Source: Glaucostegus cemiculus
Taxonomy: Eukaryota
Assembly (NCBI GenBank): GCA_976551045.1
Contig: CDPCPM010000033.1
Span: 25,978,001-26,042,000 of the forward strand
Reading direction: 5' to 3'
DNA length: 64,000 nt
Each line of letters begins with the position of its first letter. Positions within the stretch are counted from its first letter, which is position 1. A model generated the notes under the pieces. That model searched no databases and was not told where the DNA came from. It worked only from the letters and a program-made list of their open reading frames with translations. This document shows positions 39,246-52,929 of the stretch, in pieces. The position numbers and the translations under genes are program-made.

Positions 39246-42200
39246 TGAAGACATAGGCGCCTGGTGGCTGTTGGGTTGTTCTTACAGCTTCCCTACCAAA
39301 GTAAAACAGAAACTCCAATATTTATAACATTCTACTGAAGTGCACATGCATAAGAACTCAACTAGTAAAATGGAAATCAATTCTCTGTTATTGCTGACCG
39401 TTTGTGTATTCCAAAAATTACATTCAACAATACTCTTCAAAGTTGGCATGCAACATAAATATGAATATCCCTTTGTTCTTCGTTGAGCTTAAACACAGTA
39501 TAGTTTATTTGCATGCGAGCTGAACTAGTCAAGTTATTCATCGTACGCCTGTACACTACACCAATCATCCGCGAGGGTCTTGGTTTCCATGGAAATGGGA
39601 GAAAATGTAATTTACGACTCAGCGGGTGAAATTTTCAACGTAAATCTAACCCTTCGACATTTTCTCTATCCTTATAACGCATAATCTTGGTCTATGCATA
39701 CTATTACTCCTTACATATCTTACTTCAATAAGTCATTACATACATAATTAGATTAAGCTAGACTAAAAACACAACAGAACAGCGAGCAGAATTTACAGTG
39801 ATACTCTTAACATCGCCAAAGATAGTTGCTTTTATAAAGAGCCACACGGAGGCGCACTATAGCTCACGACCAAGACCGGACTTACAGTCGAGGTCTGTGG
39901 CAATGGCTTTCGGGGATGAACATGAAATTAACCGAAATAATGTTAAGCGTTACAAGCGGTAAAGCTCTCCTCGTTGCCGTCAGATAACTGGAACAGCAGG
40001 CCGAAGAAGATATTAGCTAAATACACAGGAGTTCGTCGCAATGGTAAACTGGGATTTGTTTCATTGATCTGGTTTATTGCTCGCTTCAAAGAAAAAAATC
40101 TTTACGTTCTCGTTGTAATGGATACGAAATAATTAATAAAATATCCATTGGTATTATTCGGAGAGATATGTTAAATTTTACTCAGTTTATTTGTTAAGCT
40201 CTTTGATCAGATTTATCGGATGCAGAAGTGTGGAAGTTACATTCATGGGGCCGAAACAAAGGTTTTGTAACGTGCAGTGCAAAACTCAAATCAGACTCGA
40301 AGAATTATTTATCTAGCAGCTTCATATAATAATTTTAAATGTGCAGAGGGAACGTAATATCGTTCATTTGAAATTCTGAGTAACCCAATTCAACAAAACG
40401 TGGAAAATATTAAATCTAACAGATAAATGCTAAACAGTTATACTCACTTCCTGCTGCTATGGCTGGCTGAAATAGCAGCACACAATTTAAATCACTGCTT
40501 TCTAATTACTGCTTTTTCAGGATCTCTCCTTAGAGGTTCCCGCAATCCAGATTGGTCTACAAATTTATAAAACATATAGTGATGAAGACCACCTAAATTT
40601 TCAGTTTGTATATTCCACCTCGATAATGAGGCTATGTTTAACCACTACATTCGTTTTCTTAAAAGAAGAAAGAGGAAGCAACTGACATAGTTTTTGCCTC
40701 CGCATTCCCCCATTCTTTTGCAAAAGTGGAAATATTGCATGAAACGTGCAATGAAAAACTGCAGTCACCGCCTTTTGTCATTCACAATAGGAGGTAAACA
40801 ATATTTGTTACAGTGACTGAGATAATTCTGATAATATTCTATGAAAGGTTCATATAGAATCAATTGCACATTCCGCTGGATATATTTAATGTGTGAAATT
40901 TTGATGTCGCTTTGAAAACAAGAATAGCGTTAGTTATTTATAATCTACATTCTATACAAGGAGATATTGTTTAATCACGCATTGCAAAGCAGAATTTGCC
41001 CACATTTGCAAAATATTTCTTAATAGGTAAAGCCTGATCAGCGTAAATAGCAGTAGTACCCTCTTCAAACTCTGATATGTGTGTATTAATTGGGTAAATT
41101 TGCTTTTCACACCCAGCCTACGCCACCGAGCCTAAGATCTTAGTCTGACTGTGCTTCCTTTTCTCATGACAAAGCTCGTGAGTTCATGCTGAGCAGATAT
41201 CTGCCCTTCATGACCATACATTTTAGTCATATTTTGTTGCACGATTTTTCGATTCTTCCGTTCTCATAAAATGTCACCTCTATATTAGTTTAAAATGACG
41301 GGAAACTGTTCGGAAAGAGTTTATTTTTTATGCCTGTTCATTTTATAAGGTTATAAAAATTCGGCCTACATTTTACTCAGATTAATCGCCGCCGAAAATG
41401 CATGAATGTATATAATTTGAAACATAGGAAAGTTACTTCCCTAGTTGGAAGATTTGCTTACTTATATCCGCCATCGTTAAGTGATAGCAAAAATCGCAAC
41501 AGTTTATTTAATGTGACAAGGAGTGAAGTGATTTAAATATGAGCAGTTGTGTTGTTAGTAATTCGCAATTTGTAGTCAAGCATAATGAAAGCGGCAGCCG
41601 TGTACACTATAAATTGGCTTTCAGATGCAATTTAACTGAAAACATTCGATGAACAAAAATATTTCCGAAGTATCTACAGGTGGTAACATTAAAGGAAAGT
41701 TTGTTAAATGAAACTGTGGTGGCACTGACGAGAGCTTAATATGCATGTTAGCCGGATGTTTATGGAATATTCAGATAAGAAGGAATGTTTTCATACAGTC
41801 CTTTCTCCATTTATGTGATGAACTTTAAGCAGAAAGCCCAGCATTAAATTGACGGCGTGCTCATCGTGTTAATAATCTTTAATTTTGAGATATAAATGTG
41901 GAAAACGTTTAAGGAATCAAGGTGAAAGTGAAGGATGCAAGTGGCTGGCGGTCTCTGCGTCATAAGACCACACCAGCTTAGACTAATGGGGAAATCAAGA
42001 CAAATGAAAGCCTCCAAAATAGTAGGGACAATTCGCTAATTAACTCTTCCATGAAAACAAACTAATTTTATTTGAGTAAATGCTTGCAATGATTTAAAAT
42101 TGTTCGACCAGCACTTTTGGAGAAATCGTCTTCGCAATGTTTTGTCAGGAAATTTGTTAATATAGGCGGTGCATTTCACTCAATGAGAGAATGACTTATA

Positions 42201-45200
42201 TTGTAAATCGCTTCAAATGTAATACAGTTGTCTTCCTGGTCCTGCTTAACTCTAATATCCATTTAGCTACCATAATATAAAATCCTTCCAGCAAAACACA
42301 TTCCACATTGGTGCTTTAAAGTATTATGAGGTTTTAATTAAGCTCCATCATTAGAACTAATTTAAGGAGGATTGTACGTTACATTTCTCTCATAAACAGC
42401 TTATAACTACGTTATTAAACGTGGAAGTATCGTTCGGAGACTAATCAGTCACCCCACTATGTAGACTCAACTAATGCAAGAATTCCTTTGCTAAAATTTG
42501 GCTTCCCGTCGGGTGAATATACCCAAATGATAACCGGAGTTTGATACTATAATAACCTTCCTTGCCTACTCGGACACTGTATATTTCAAAGAATACATAG
42601 CTGTTAGTTCCAGTGGGTCTGTAGTCATTATATTTTATGAGATTTTTTTTATCATACAAGGGATTTTAGGATACAGGTTTACAGACACAATTTTATTTGG
42701 GTTCATTGAAATTAACAGTTGTCGTATATCAATCAGAAGTTCTTGGTAAAATGAAGTTAATTTGTTTAGTTGGCATACAAACTTTGGTAATTGCTGCAAT
42801 GGGATTTAAAGTTTGATCACACAGTAATCCGCTATTATTAGTTTTACTAAACATATTGAAATAATTAGTTTGGAAATAAGTAGTAACTATACACACAAAT
42901 GTTAAAATTGCTTTGCAAATTTAACAAGTTTCCTACATAGTAATTTATAACTGAAATATATCCACAGACATGTACTAATATATTATTGTGCCTTCCCACG
43001 TAATATTGCGGTCAATATATTGTTTCATTTTAACAGTTGCAGCAAAAGTGGCTGGTATTAATATAGGCCCGGGACGTCATTTATTGAGCAGCGAATTGCC
43101 TTGCATTGGATGGAAAAGAAAGACTTGGTGGTGAAAATACTTTTAAACTATGCGTGACCTACTTCAAGTTGAAGTCGTCGCTTTCATAGAAGGCTGTAAA
43201 ATACTGACATAACAATTTGTATATAAAAGCAGTATTGTATTATGCCGACCACAAGACGTCTGTCTTTCAAAGCTACACGAAGAATCTGTTGGCTGGAAAT
43301 AGGGCAGCATTGGTTCTTAGCGTTGGATTTCCAAAGACACTGCTGCTTGGTTGTACGGTTCTGAATACTTACAAAATCACCGCCAACTTGATTTAGTTAC
43401 CTTGAATCCAAATATCGTCGAGAATAAGAGGCATTGGACAATGTAGAAGAAGCCACGAGCATTCTCAACAAACCGTTGCTTATGTACCCAGGCAACCGAG
43501 ATCCTCCTATTGCATGTAACAGTTATTTAAGTATCATATTCTGAGTATAGTCGTGCTCTCTACATGTGTTTACTGAATGGAATCCGTAACATTTAGTCAG
43601 CAGTATTGATAGAGTCTGTTTCATTTTACTGACACATAAGCCACATTGATATTTAAGTTGGGCAAATTGTTAAGGTTTGGGTTCTTTGCAAATTGATGTC
43701 GGAGGAACCAGTAAAGACTAAATCGTATCGATCTGTTTCCCCCTTGTATTCTACTTCTAATCCCCATGTTTGCGTCCAAAGTTCGTAAACGCTAAGTGAA
43801 GAAATATTTCAATTTGTTCTGTTGTTTTGGCCCTTGCTTGGAAGGCTAGTTTTACGCGGGAGCATTAATAAGTTACAAGAACATTATGAATTTACTAGTA
43901 ATACAGGAGGTACCCTGTCCCATCTGAGTGCATTACTTGCCCCTTTCCATCACATGGCGTTTAAAGTCTTAATCAAATTATTTTGCGCACAGCTAAGAAT
44001 AACCTCACATTCTTCAGGGTCAGTTCCACGATTTTTCGAACTCCTTTGTCAAGACAAGTTTGAATGTTGGGAATAGTGAGCTATTTCGGAGAAATATAAG
44101 CACCCCGCGTTCCAGATTATCGCGGTTCGCTGCAAAGACTCTGTATCAGTGAAAAGTGCTGTATAGCATCGAGGCGCAGCGAACGAGGTTATGTTCTGAC
44201 TTTGACTAGCCGTCAGAATAACCAACATTGAACTTAAAATGCCAAAGCGAAGCAGAGCTGATTAGTAAAAAAAAGTGCACACAAGTCATATTGTAAATAT
44301 TAATTTATAAGTTTACGACAGCAGATTATCCACTACAGTTTGTATCCATTTGTGTGTGATATCCATGAACCGGGCGTACATATTTTATTGCCAATATTCG
44401 CGGTCATTATTTGTATAATTTTAAATGTTTCGTGCAAGACTAAAATTTGCAAAATTCTGAAGCAATTTCCGGGTGTTATAATTACATTACAAAATAAAAG
44501 AAATGACGCAGCAGTGGCAACCTTGACCCTGACACTGGCGCCTTCTCACTTCTTTGTGTGAAGTAGGAAATATCGTTAGTTTTATGTGGATGTCACATTG
44601 CTCCTCCGTAGCTGATGCCCACCGAACAGATTCTTCTAACAGTCAACCATCAATGTGTGCTGTTATTTGGCAAATTGCCTTGGGATACGCAAAGAGTTCA
44701 GAAAAGCTCTTGGTGGGGGTTGCTGCACAAATAGCAAGAGAACCCCTCAAGCTGAATGCAAGAAACGTCGAGCGGTGGAAAGCAGAAAGCATTCTGAGAG
44801 CTTTTCTCTCACGATAGTTTGCTTACGAGATGCGGAAACGTTTTCGTCCTATTCTGGAAAATGTTTCTACGGATTGTCATCGACGAAACTACCCCACCTG
44901 CATGGGGAGACGTGGTAAGAATCTAATCTTAAGGGAGAGTTTTTAGATTAAAGCAATAAACGCCCAGCGCCAATAATTTTCAGTAAAGGCCAATCCCTGC
45001 CCCAACAAATTAATGAGAAGTATCGCAAATACGGAGCTTCCTCCACCATAGTCTTAAATCTTAGATGTCCGTGTAAATTTTCGCACCCAGGAACCATACT
45101 TAAGAAGGGTGCATTGTCACCCAGAGGTGTGTTTGGATTTTTACCTAGCATAGATGTTTGTATAATAGAAATAATAGACGTCCACCGTGGTGGGTTTATG

Positions 45201-45784
45201 AAGTAGACTCGAGCTCTGCTGTCGGCATTTTTTCTCTCATGAAGATTTGGTTTACCTTGCAATGAAATATTGTTAGATATTTGCAGCTGTGGCATGATCA
45301 TATGCTTTCCTGTAAGAGCACAAATCTACCGATGAAGACCAATAAGGATGGAAATGTTGATTCCATTCATTGACTTCCCAGCACACTTGTTCAATATAAA
45401 AACACTGCATGGCCGGCCTGGTTCTACATTGAGATAAAGTAGACCGCGCACAATGGACTCCCTCTCGATTTTCAAAACTACAAAAGGTACTGGAAGTCTG
45501 CTCTGCATTCGTTACTTTGCAAGGAGGTTTACCATTCCCGGGAATCAGAAATTGCTGCAATTAATTTTTGGCGATCGACTTCTTTGTTGTATTATTTTTA
45601 GAATTCTGTTGCACAGAATAAAACTCGAGTGTTGATTATTTTCCTGTTGATGGCAGGGATATCTCTATGCATTGAAGGGTTTTGGTCGGCTTCTATGCGA
45701 AGATTGCAATGAACAGGAGCGGGCGCCGCTTTGAAATTAGTTTTGTAGGTGTCGCTGTTGTCCACAGTTAAGATCAAATTCAAC

Positions 45785-45900
45785 TGCCTGCCGATCATGT
45801 GATGTACGGGGAGGTAGTGCTTCAAGGCCACATTCAAATTCCATTGGCTCAGTAGTCATGTGGCTGTACAGAGGCTTCCACAATTACACAGGGAATGTTT
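45785..45900 (+). promoter_or_regulatory. HoxD10 proximal promoter
   Basis: GATCATGTGA, TCAAGGCCA (45822-45830), CCATTGGCT (45841-45849) and GTCATGTGG motifs just upstream of the ATG. Confidence 0.55.
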
Positions 45901-45958
45901 TGTTAGAGATGTCAGCTTACAAAGGACATCCTCTGCTTTCTTCAAATTGCTCTCCAAA

Positions 45959-46697
45959 ATGTCCTGTCCCAATAGCTCTCCCGCTACTAACTCGTTTTTA
46001 GTAGATTCCCTGATTAGTGCTTGCAGGGGTGACAGCTTCTATTCAAACAGCTCCCTATACATGCCACCGAGCACGGATATGGGAACTTACGGAATGCAGA
46101 CCTGTGGACTGCTCCCGACCATGACAAAACGAGGAGAGATTACCCATCAAAATATGAGCATGAGCGTCCATCCGTATTTATCTCAGGTAGACGGTTGGGC
46201 TGACCCTTCGAGACCATGCCGAATTGAGCAACCTGTTACTCCACAGATGCCCACGTGTTCTTTTCCTACTAGCATAAAGGAAGAAAGCACTTGCTGCATG
46301 TATAATTCTGATAAGCGGGCCAAACTCAATCCTGCCGCAGTTCCCACCTACCCCAGGCTGGTGTCCGAAAGCTGTTCAATTGAGAACCCTGAAATTCCCA
46401 TCCCGGGATATTTCAGACTCTGCCAGGCTTACCCACTGGAGAAAAGTGTGGACTATAATCACGCTGGAGAGATCAGTTCAAATGTAGTGCCGCACTCAAG
46501 CCCTGGGTTCATCAGTAAACTTCAGGTGCCCAACCAGTCTCCAGCGGAAACAAAAATAAACGAGAAGCCAAACGCACAGGAATCCATTAAGGGGATATAT
46601 GTGGAAAGTCCTGAGCCAAAGCCGAGTTTACTGGAAGCCAGTGCAACCGCTAAGGAAGGCGAGTCTGGCTCGGAACTGTCGGACAAAGAGGCTGAAG
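45959..46697 (+). CDS. hoxd10: HoxD10 exon 1
   Basis: [45 protein letters not shown]; phase-1 donor GAAG|gtgagc. Confidence 0.95.
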
Positions 46698-47747
46698 GTG
46701 AGCATTTGAAAGATTTAATGTGAACATGGCAGTAATTGTAAAGCTGATACAAAAACTTACATTGCCACTATAATGCGGAACTTTATCGTGGCAATATATT
46801 TGGCAGGTTGTGCATACTTTTGTTCAATTATTCTCTTTTACGAAACGGCATATTGAATATTAAGAAGAGCTGTTGGAAATTTTGCTCAGTAATGATCGGG
46901 CAATTGTGACACAGTAAAGACCAGTAGAGATAGTAAGATGCCTACGGTATTATACGAACCTTTTGGTACTAGAGACGACACTTATTAAGAACAAATATAT
47001 ATTGTTCCTACAGACGCAAATTAAATTGTACTCGCTTTATTATGGAATGTAAATTACTTCCAACATTTCTGACTTGGAAGGTTTGAACGGGAAGTGCTGG
47101 CCTCTGTTAGGATTGTCAGGTGTCCGAAATACTTTACATTAAATATATAACATATTGTTATAGCCTGTGGGAAAACGTTCCATTCAAATACTTCGAAATA
47201 TTGCTAGCCATTGATAATCATAAATGCGAATTAAGCCGGGTTCTAAGAGCCAGCGATGATATGTGTAATGTAAAGATTCATCTCAAAATTACTGTCAGCA
47301 TATTTGTACTGTCGGTATTATAGATCACTAAATTTAGTTATGTGAAAAATTGGTGGAAAAACCTATCGGTGCAAAGTAACCTACAGTATTGCATTTAGTT
47401 CGCAAATCCAATGTTTTCGCTTGATTTAGATATTTATCTGAAGGTTCACAAATCTCTGCTAACTGGTGCATGATATGTTGTAATACTATTTGCCAATTTC
47501 CAAATATATATTTTTCAGTTATCTTACTCTTCTAAAGCAGCTTTATTTCAGAATTGTAACAATTTGTGTCGATATTGTTTTAATAATTTGCCAATAAGTA
47601 ATTAACGTATTAAGTTGCTACAATCAGCGTACAACTAACGGCGTTGCTTTTTTTGCGTTTACTCTTATCAGCTGAGATTTAAAGACATTGCATTGAGTAA
47701 GAGGAGTATTTGCTGGAATCTCATTTCTTGTTTCTTACTTCTGATAG

Positions 47748-48019
47748 AAGAGACCAAAACTCCAATAAGCAACTGGCTAACAGCAAATAGTGGAAGGAAA
47801 AAGAGATGTCCTTATACAAAACATCAAACACTGGAATTAGAGAAAGAATTTTTATTTAATATGTATCTGACTCGTGAGCGCCGTCTAGAGATAAGTAAGA
47901 GCGTGAATCTGACCGACAGACAAGTGAAGATCTGGTTTCAAAATCGTAGAATGAAGCTGAAGAAAATGAGCAGAGAAAACCGAATTCGAGAACTGACCAC
48001 TAACCTGACCTTCTCGTGA
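47748..48019 (+). CDS. hoxd10: HoxD10 exon 2 (homeodomain)
   Basis: gatag|AA GAG ACC...[82 protein letters not shown]. The acceptor is tandem (tagaag). Confidence 0.96.
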
Positions 48020-51000
48020 GCGTGAAACACGGATTCAAAGTGACCCAACGCAGTTGATAATGTAGTGGCTGACTGGGGATTGTGGAATAATTCTGTTTAT
48101 CCACTCTGGGATATTATCGATAATTCTGATCTCGATGTTTTAGCGTTATGGTTGTCTAAAAGTACAATAGCACGTTTGCCTTAGCAAGAATATTTTCTTT
48201 TAAAAATGTTCTATTGAATATAAGGCTAATAATTTACTTTGCTTAGCAGGTAAAGCTTAAGTTATTTGACATGATACGGTTTTCGTGCAATTTGAGAAAA
48301 GTGTTTTGTTCATCAGAACACGATTTAAAGTGTTAATTACCGTTACAGTTAAACCATGGTCCTATAAATACAATGTTTATAGACGAAACTCTTTTGGTCG
48401 GTTTCTGAAAAATGCGATGGAGTCGTAATGTAAATTTTCGTTTATTTATATGCATGTGCCTGTCCTAAATTATATTTCAACTTCTTTAACCTCCCCCCTC
48501 CCCACTCTTTTCAAGTAAGGGAGTCTTAGCTAATAACCATAGCCAGAATTGCTAAGTTAATAGTGGGCAATATAATCAAAATGTTTTAACTACGATAAAT
48601 ACTTCTTTGGTTTAATAAATTGAATGTAATAATGCAATTCGAATATTAATTCCATCTCATTTCCTAAAACATCACAAAACAAAGCGCAGTTGTGTGTCAA
48701 GTGGCCAACATAAAATCCGCAAGGCAGTTTTCTCTATTTAAATTAAACCAAAGAGCAGGATTAAACCGGAGAGTGTACCCCGTTTGGTAAAGGGCACGGA
48801 ATTTGTAAATGTGCGCATTTATTTATCAAAATATTTATTTTTTTCCTCCTGAAATATGATTTCTTAATATTTATTAGTATAACCCCTCTACGAGAATGTA
48901 AATTGGTAGTATCTAAATGGATGTTTTGGAAATGAAGTGCAAGAAGCCCTTTGCTACAGAAATATGTACATACTGTATTAATCCGTTTTATTAATTAAGT
49001 AAAGGTTCACGGTTAGTTTTTTATTTGAGTTTGACTTTAACCACGGTATGGAAAATATTTTTCGTTGAGTTCCTAGTATTGATAATCTGGCTTATCTAAA
49101 TCTGGATATAGACGTTTTCAATGTGAATGGCAATTCCTCTGTTCATGTTTTATTATCCAGTCAGAAATAACCTGAGAATATTTGGTTGCAGTCAGGATCG
49201 AATATTATGAAATATTTTCGTTTCTTCTGACGAATCACGGTGGCATCCTGTGATTATTATTCGCTGCAACTAAAATAAAAGAATAGTTTTAGTGGCACGG
49301 TTAGACGCCTTGATACTTCTAACGCATGGTTTTATGATGAAAATACAATGATGAAATAGAATTTCTCAAAAGATTTAAAAACAAATCAAACTGTAAATCA
49401 AAGTGGACAAAGGAGAACGGTGGGATAAAGGTTTAGTTCGTTGCATTCCTTTTGACAAAAAGGTCCAATCCAATCAATAAAGCGCTTCAAGAGACAAGTT
49501 AACATATATGTTTGTAGATGTGCATCATTTTTAAATAATGGAATTTCACTTCAATAGGGCCGCACAGTCTATATCACTAAAACGCAGATATCTATATTTT
49601 TAGTTTGAAATCGAAATTACAATAACACTTCGATAAAACGTGGTTGTCATAAACATTAGTAAATTGTTAAATTAAACAAAATAACGTTGCTGCATGCATT
49701 CATTGCATTTGAGAACAAAACTGCAAAACATTTAAAATTGCAATGTATAAAAAGGCAGCACTAAGACATAGTACAAGAATTGAAACCAAATCAAACTCAC
49801 CAATCTGATCAATCATGCACTGTGAAAGAAAATATTGTTTTTACTTAATTTGAATCAAAATCTGAACATTTACGGTGCTTGTTTAGAATAACACTTATTT
49901 CGACATACACTCCCACTAATGCTAAATATATTATTGTCACTCAGTTTGTTCTACATGAGAGGACAAGAAAAAGTGTTTCCAATTTGTTGCTTAATGGCTG
50001 ACTTTCTATGTTTAAATGGAGAAATAAACAAAATGGTGTTCTTTTAGAAGGTTTGAACTTATTAACAGTCGAGCTTAGTTAATTTCTCTCCATAATAACT
50101 AGATTTTTAGTAGTGATGTAGCTAGTTGGGTTTTGTAGAATCCTGGTCGGTGTAAGATTATAAACTATTTAACAGTACTGCTTCTGTTCTCTTATTACAA
50201 CATAACACCGACACATGAGTGTTTATCTCTAACGTATTATTCATCGAGTGGTAATGCATTGACTTAACTACTTTAACACTTCAGAAAATAAAGTTTTACT
50301 TGGCGTGCAACAAAATGGCAGCCAACGAAAGAATATGCTCTTGAACTAAAGTAATTGTAGGAACTACAAAAAAAATTACACATATAAATGTGGTAGAACA
50401 TTAACTACATTTAAAGTTTATTTTAAATAACTCTAAGCGAAAACAATTTCAATTCACGCTTTAGGCACAGCGAACGCTACGTTTATCTTTCTGCACACTT
50501 CACGTTTAATTCTTAAAGTCACGCCAGAAAAGGAATAAGCCGTATTTTCATTTTGCAAATTGCACGGATCAGCAGCATTGAATAAATTAGCGCGCAGTAA
50601 ACAAGTGACACCTTGGGGGGAAAAAAACATTCGATCAGTTAGCCACCTCAATGTACATAATTGTCCACTGTCCATATTCGGCAAGATGATTATTTCATAA
50701 TGTTAACTGGTAGCCTGGAGTGGCAAACTTAAAACCAAAGTTAGATCTTCTTTAGTGATCATAAATTTATTAAAGGTTCTTGAGTGCATAAGGTGTGCCA
50801 TGTGAGGTAATGCAATATAACGGTTCAATCTGAAGAAGATTTTGGTCTTTCGCTATGATCTATAAGACATTTTTTCGCTTATAATGAAAATATATTAAGC
50901 AATAACGCCACTACTCATAAACACACACACAGGCACACGCAATACACACGCACACGAACAAACGATAAAGCTGCTTTTTTTCTTCCAGCGAAGTCTATTT

Positions 51001-52214
51001 TCATTTCTGAAACCTCCCGAGGTTGGTTGTGCTACTGGCTGTAAACTAATCGTGGTGAATGCCAAGATTGCTGAGCCATTCCTGGCCATTCAAACAAAAG
51101 CAAAGTTCAATGTGGAACATGAAGAATTAACTTGGAAATATAGCTTCTGAAATGTAAATCTAAAGATCCTCCCTTTTATCATAAACGAAGTCTCGCCCAT
51201 TTTTTTGTCATGGAGGACGATCACTGAGTGCGTCCTCTGTAGAAATGCGCAGTCCCTCTACAGCAGTTTAATCCCTGTCATCTCTAAAAACTCCGAGCTC
51301 AAAATCTTGCCGACCTTTACTCATCGACTCGCTCCCATTTCTCTATCGTATCACCCAGCGAGAGCCATGAAACATGGCAATGGAACTGGTGATGCGCGTT
51401 TATGTTTTAAACATATATTCTCCTCTTTTGTATACGATGGTCCACTGAACTGCTATTAACAGGCGATGTAGCAGAAGCACATTTATACACAGGAATATTG
51501 CACCTTTGTGGGAATATTTCGGCGCCCAGTGTTGATTAAACATACTTTACAATGCCAAAGGAGGCCTGTTTTATTAAAGACACATTAATGTATAATCAAA
51601 TACACCTCATAAAAATTTTATTGATAGACATAAAAACATTTATGGTGGCTTCTGAGTATAGACTATAAAGCAGGGGAGGAGCCGTTTACTTCAAAATGTG
51701 GTGATATTTAAAACAAATGAAAGTATCGGACGAAGAATCGAAATGGGGGAAATAAAACAGCTCGTTGGTGTACTCAAGACTTTTTAAGGGAAATGTTCAA
51801 ATCCTTCATCTTACAACATGTCGTTTGCTCCTTTTATGGGAGACGTTAGTCAATGATCTGTAAATGTTCTCATCTAAACAGGGTATATACACAATATAGA
51901 AACACCAACGTACCTCGAAGGTGTTTTCTTGCCGCTTTATTGCACTAAGCTAACAGATATTTGCTCTTGACATAGATCATGGGCTACTCGCTGCTGATTA
52001 TGAAATGAGTGACAGACATTAATTAGCTTACGGGGGGAAAATAGTCCCCAGTTTCTCCAGAAGCTTTTTTTTCACTGCACTTGGAGAGTTTGTTCTTCTG
52101 ACCCCAGAAGAAGGTTCCCAACGTTCTCAATCGAGTGATCTTTTTTGTTCCACTGACAATATAATATTTTATTTCTCATAAAGCTGGTCTAGGCCCATAT
52201 GTGGTCACACTGAT

Positions 52215-52285
52215 GAGCGGATTGATTTACTCACTGTATTGGTAAATACAATCACGTGAGTGGCGCAACCAATAGCTGCAGCTGT
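52215..52285 (+). promoter_or_regulatory. HoxD9 proximal promoter
   Basis: Pbx/Hox-type TGATTTAC 52223-52230, ATTGG, E-box CACGTG 52253-52258 and CCAAT 52269-52273. Confidence 0.6.
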
Positions 52286-52373
52286 AGTCGGCAAAATACT
52301 ATGATTGTTCTGAGTGAAGGTATCAGATACACTTCCCAGTGTAACCTTTTCTATGAAAGCGAGAGAGCCTAAA

Positions 52374-52929
52374 ATGTCGACCGGTGGCACCATACACAAT
52401 TATTATGTTGATTCTTTGATAGGGCAGGAGACAGAGGACTTGTACGCGGCGAGATATGCACAAGGAGCCCACAGCACAGCTTCAAGGCCATCAGGTGTAA
52501 CAGACAGTTCAGATTTCTCTTCCTGCAGTTTTACCCCCAAATCAACCGTGTTTTCCAATCCCTGGTCTCCCGTTCATCCACAATCCTCTGGCGCCGTTGC
52601 AGGGATCTATCATCCTTATATGCATCAGTCGCACCTTGGAGCTGCAGATTCCAGATACCCGCGCTCATGGTTAGAACCCCTCTCCACTTCAGTCTCTTTC
52701 CCCGGATTCCATCCCAACGGCCGGCATTACGGGATCAAGCCAGAGGCTCTGGCGGCCAAGAGGACTGAGTGCTCTTCCTATGAGCTGCAAACCCTCAGCC
52801 TGCCCGAATTCACGTGCAGCTCCTACCCAGAGAGCAGGGAGAAGCTTCCCAAGGAGCTTGGCTGCACCAGCTCCGAGACTACGAACAGCAGTGAGCACAA
52901 GGAGGAGAAACCCCGGCAACTTGACCCAA
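52374..52929 (+). CDS. hoxd9: HoxD9 exon 1
   Basis: MSTGGTIHNYYVDSLIG, SSCSFTPKSTVFS, GRHYGIKPE; phase-1 donor LDP A|gtaagt. Confidence 0.95.

Noticed and set aside
45860-45958. 33-aa in-frame extension of HoxD10 from a GTG; also in-frame upstream ATGs of D11 (36123) and D9 (52353)
   Set aside because: They lie in promoter/5'UTR sequence and show no similarity to Hox N-termini that I recognise, so the conserved starts were used. The D11 and D9 ATGs cannot be excluded without TSS data.
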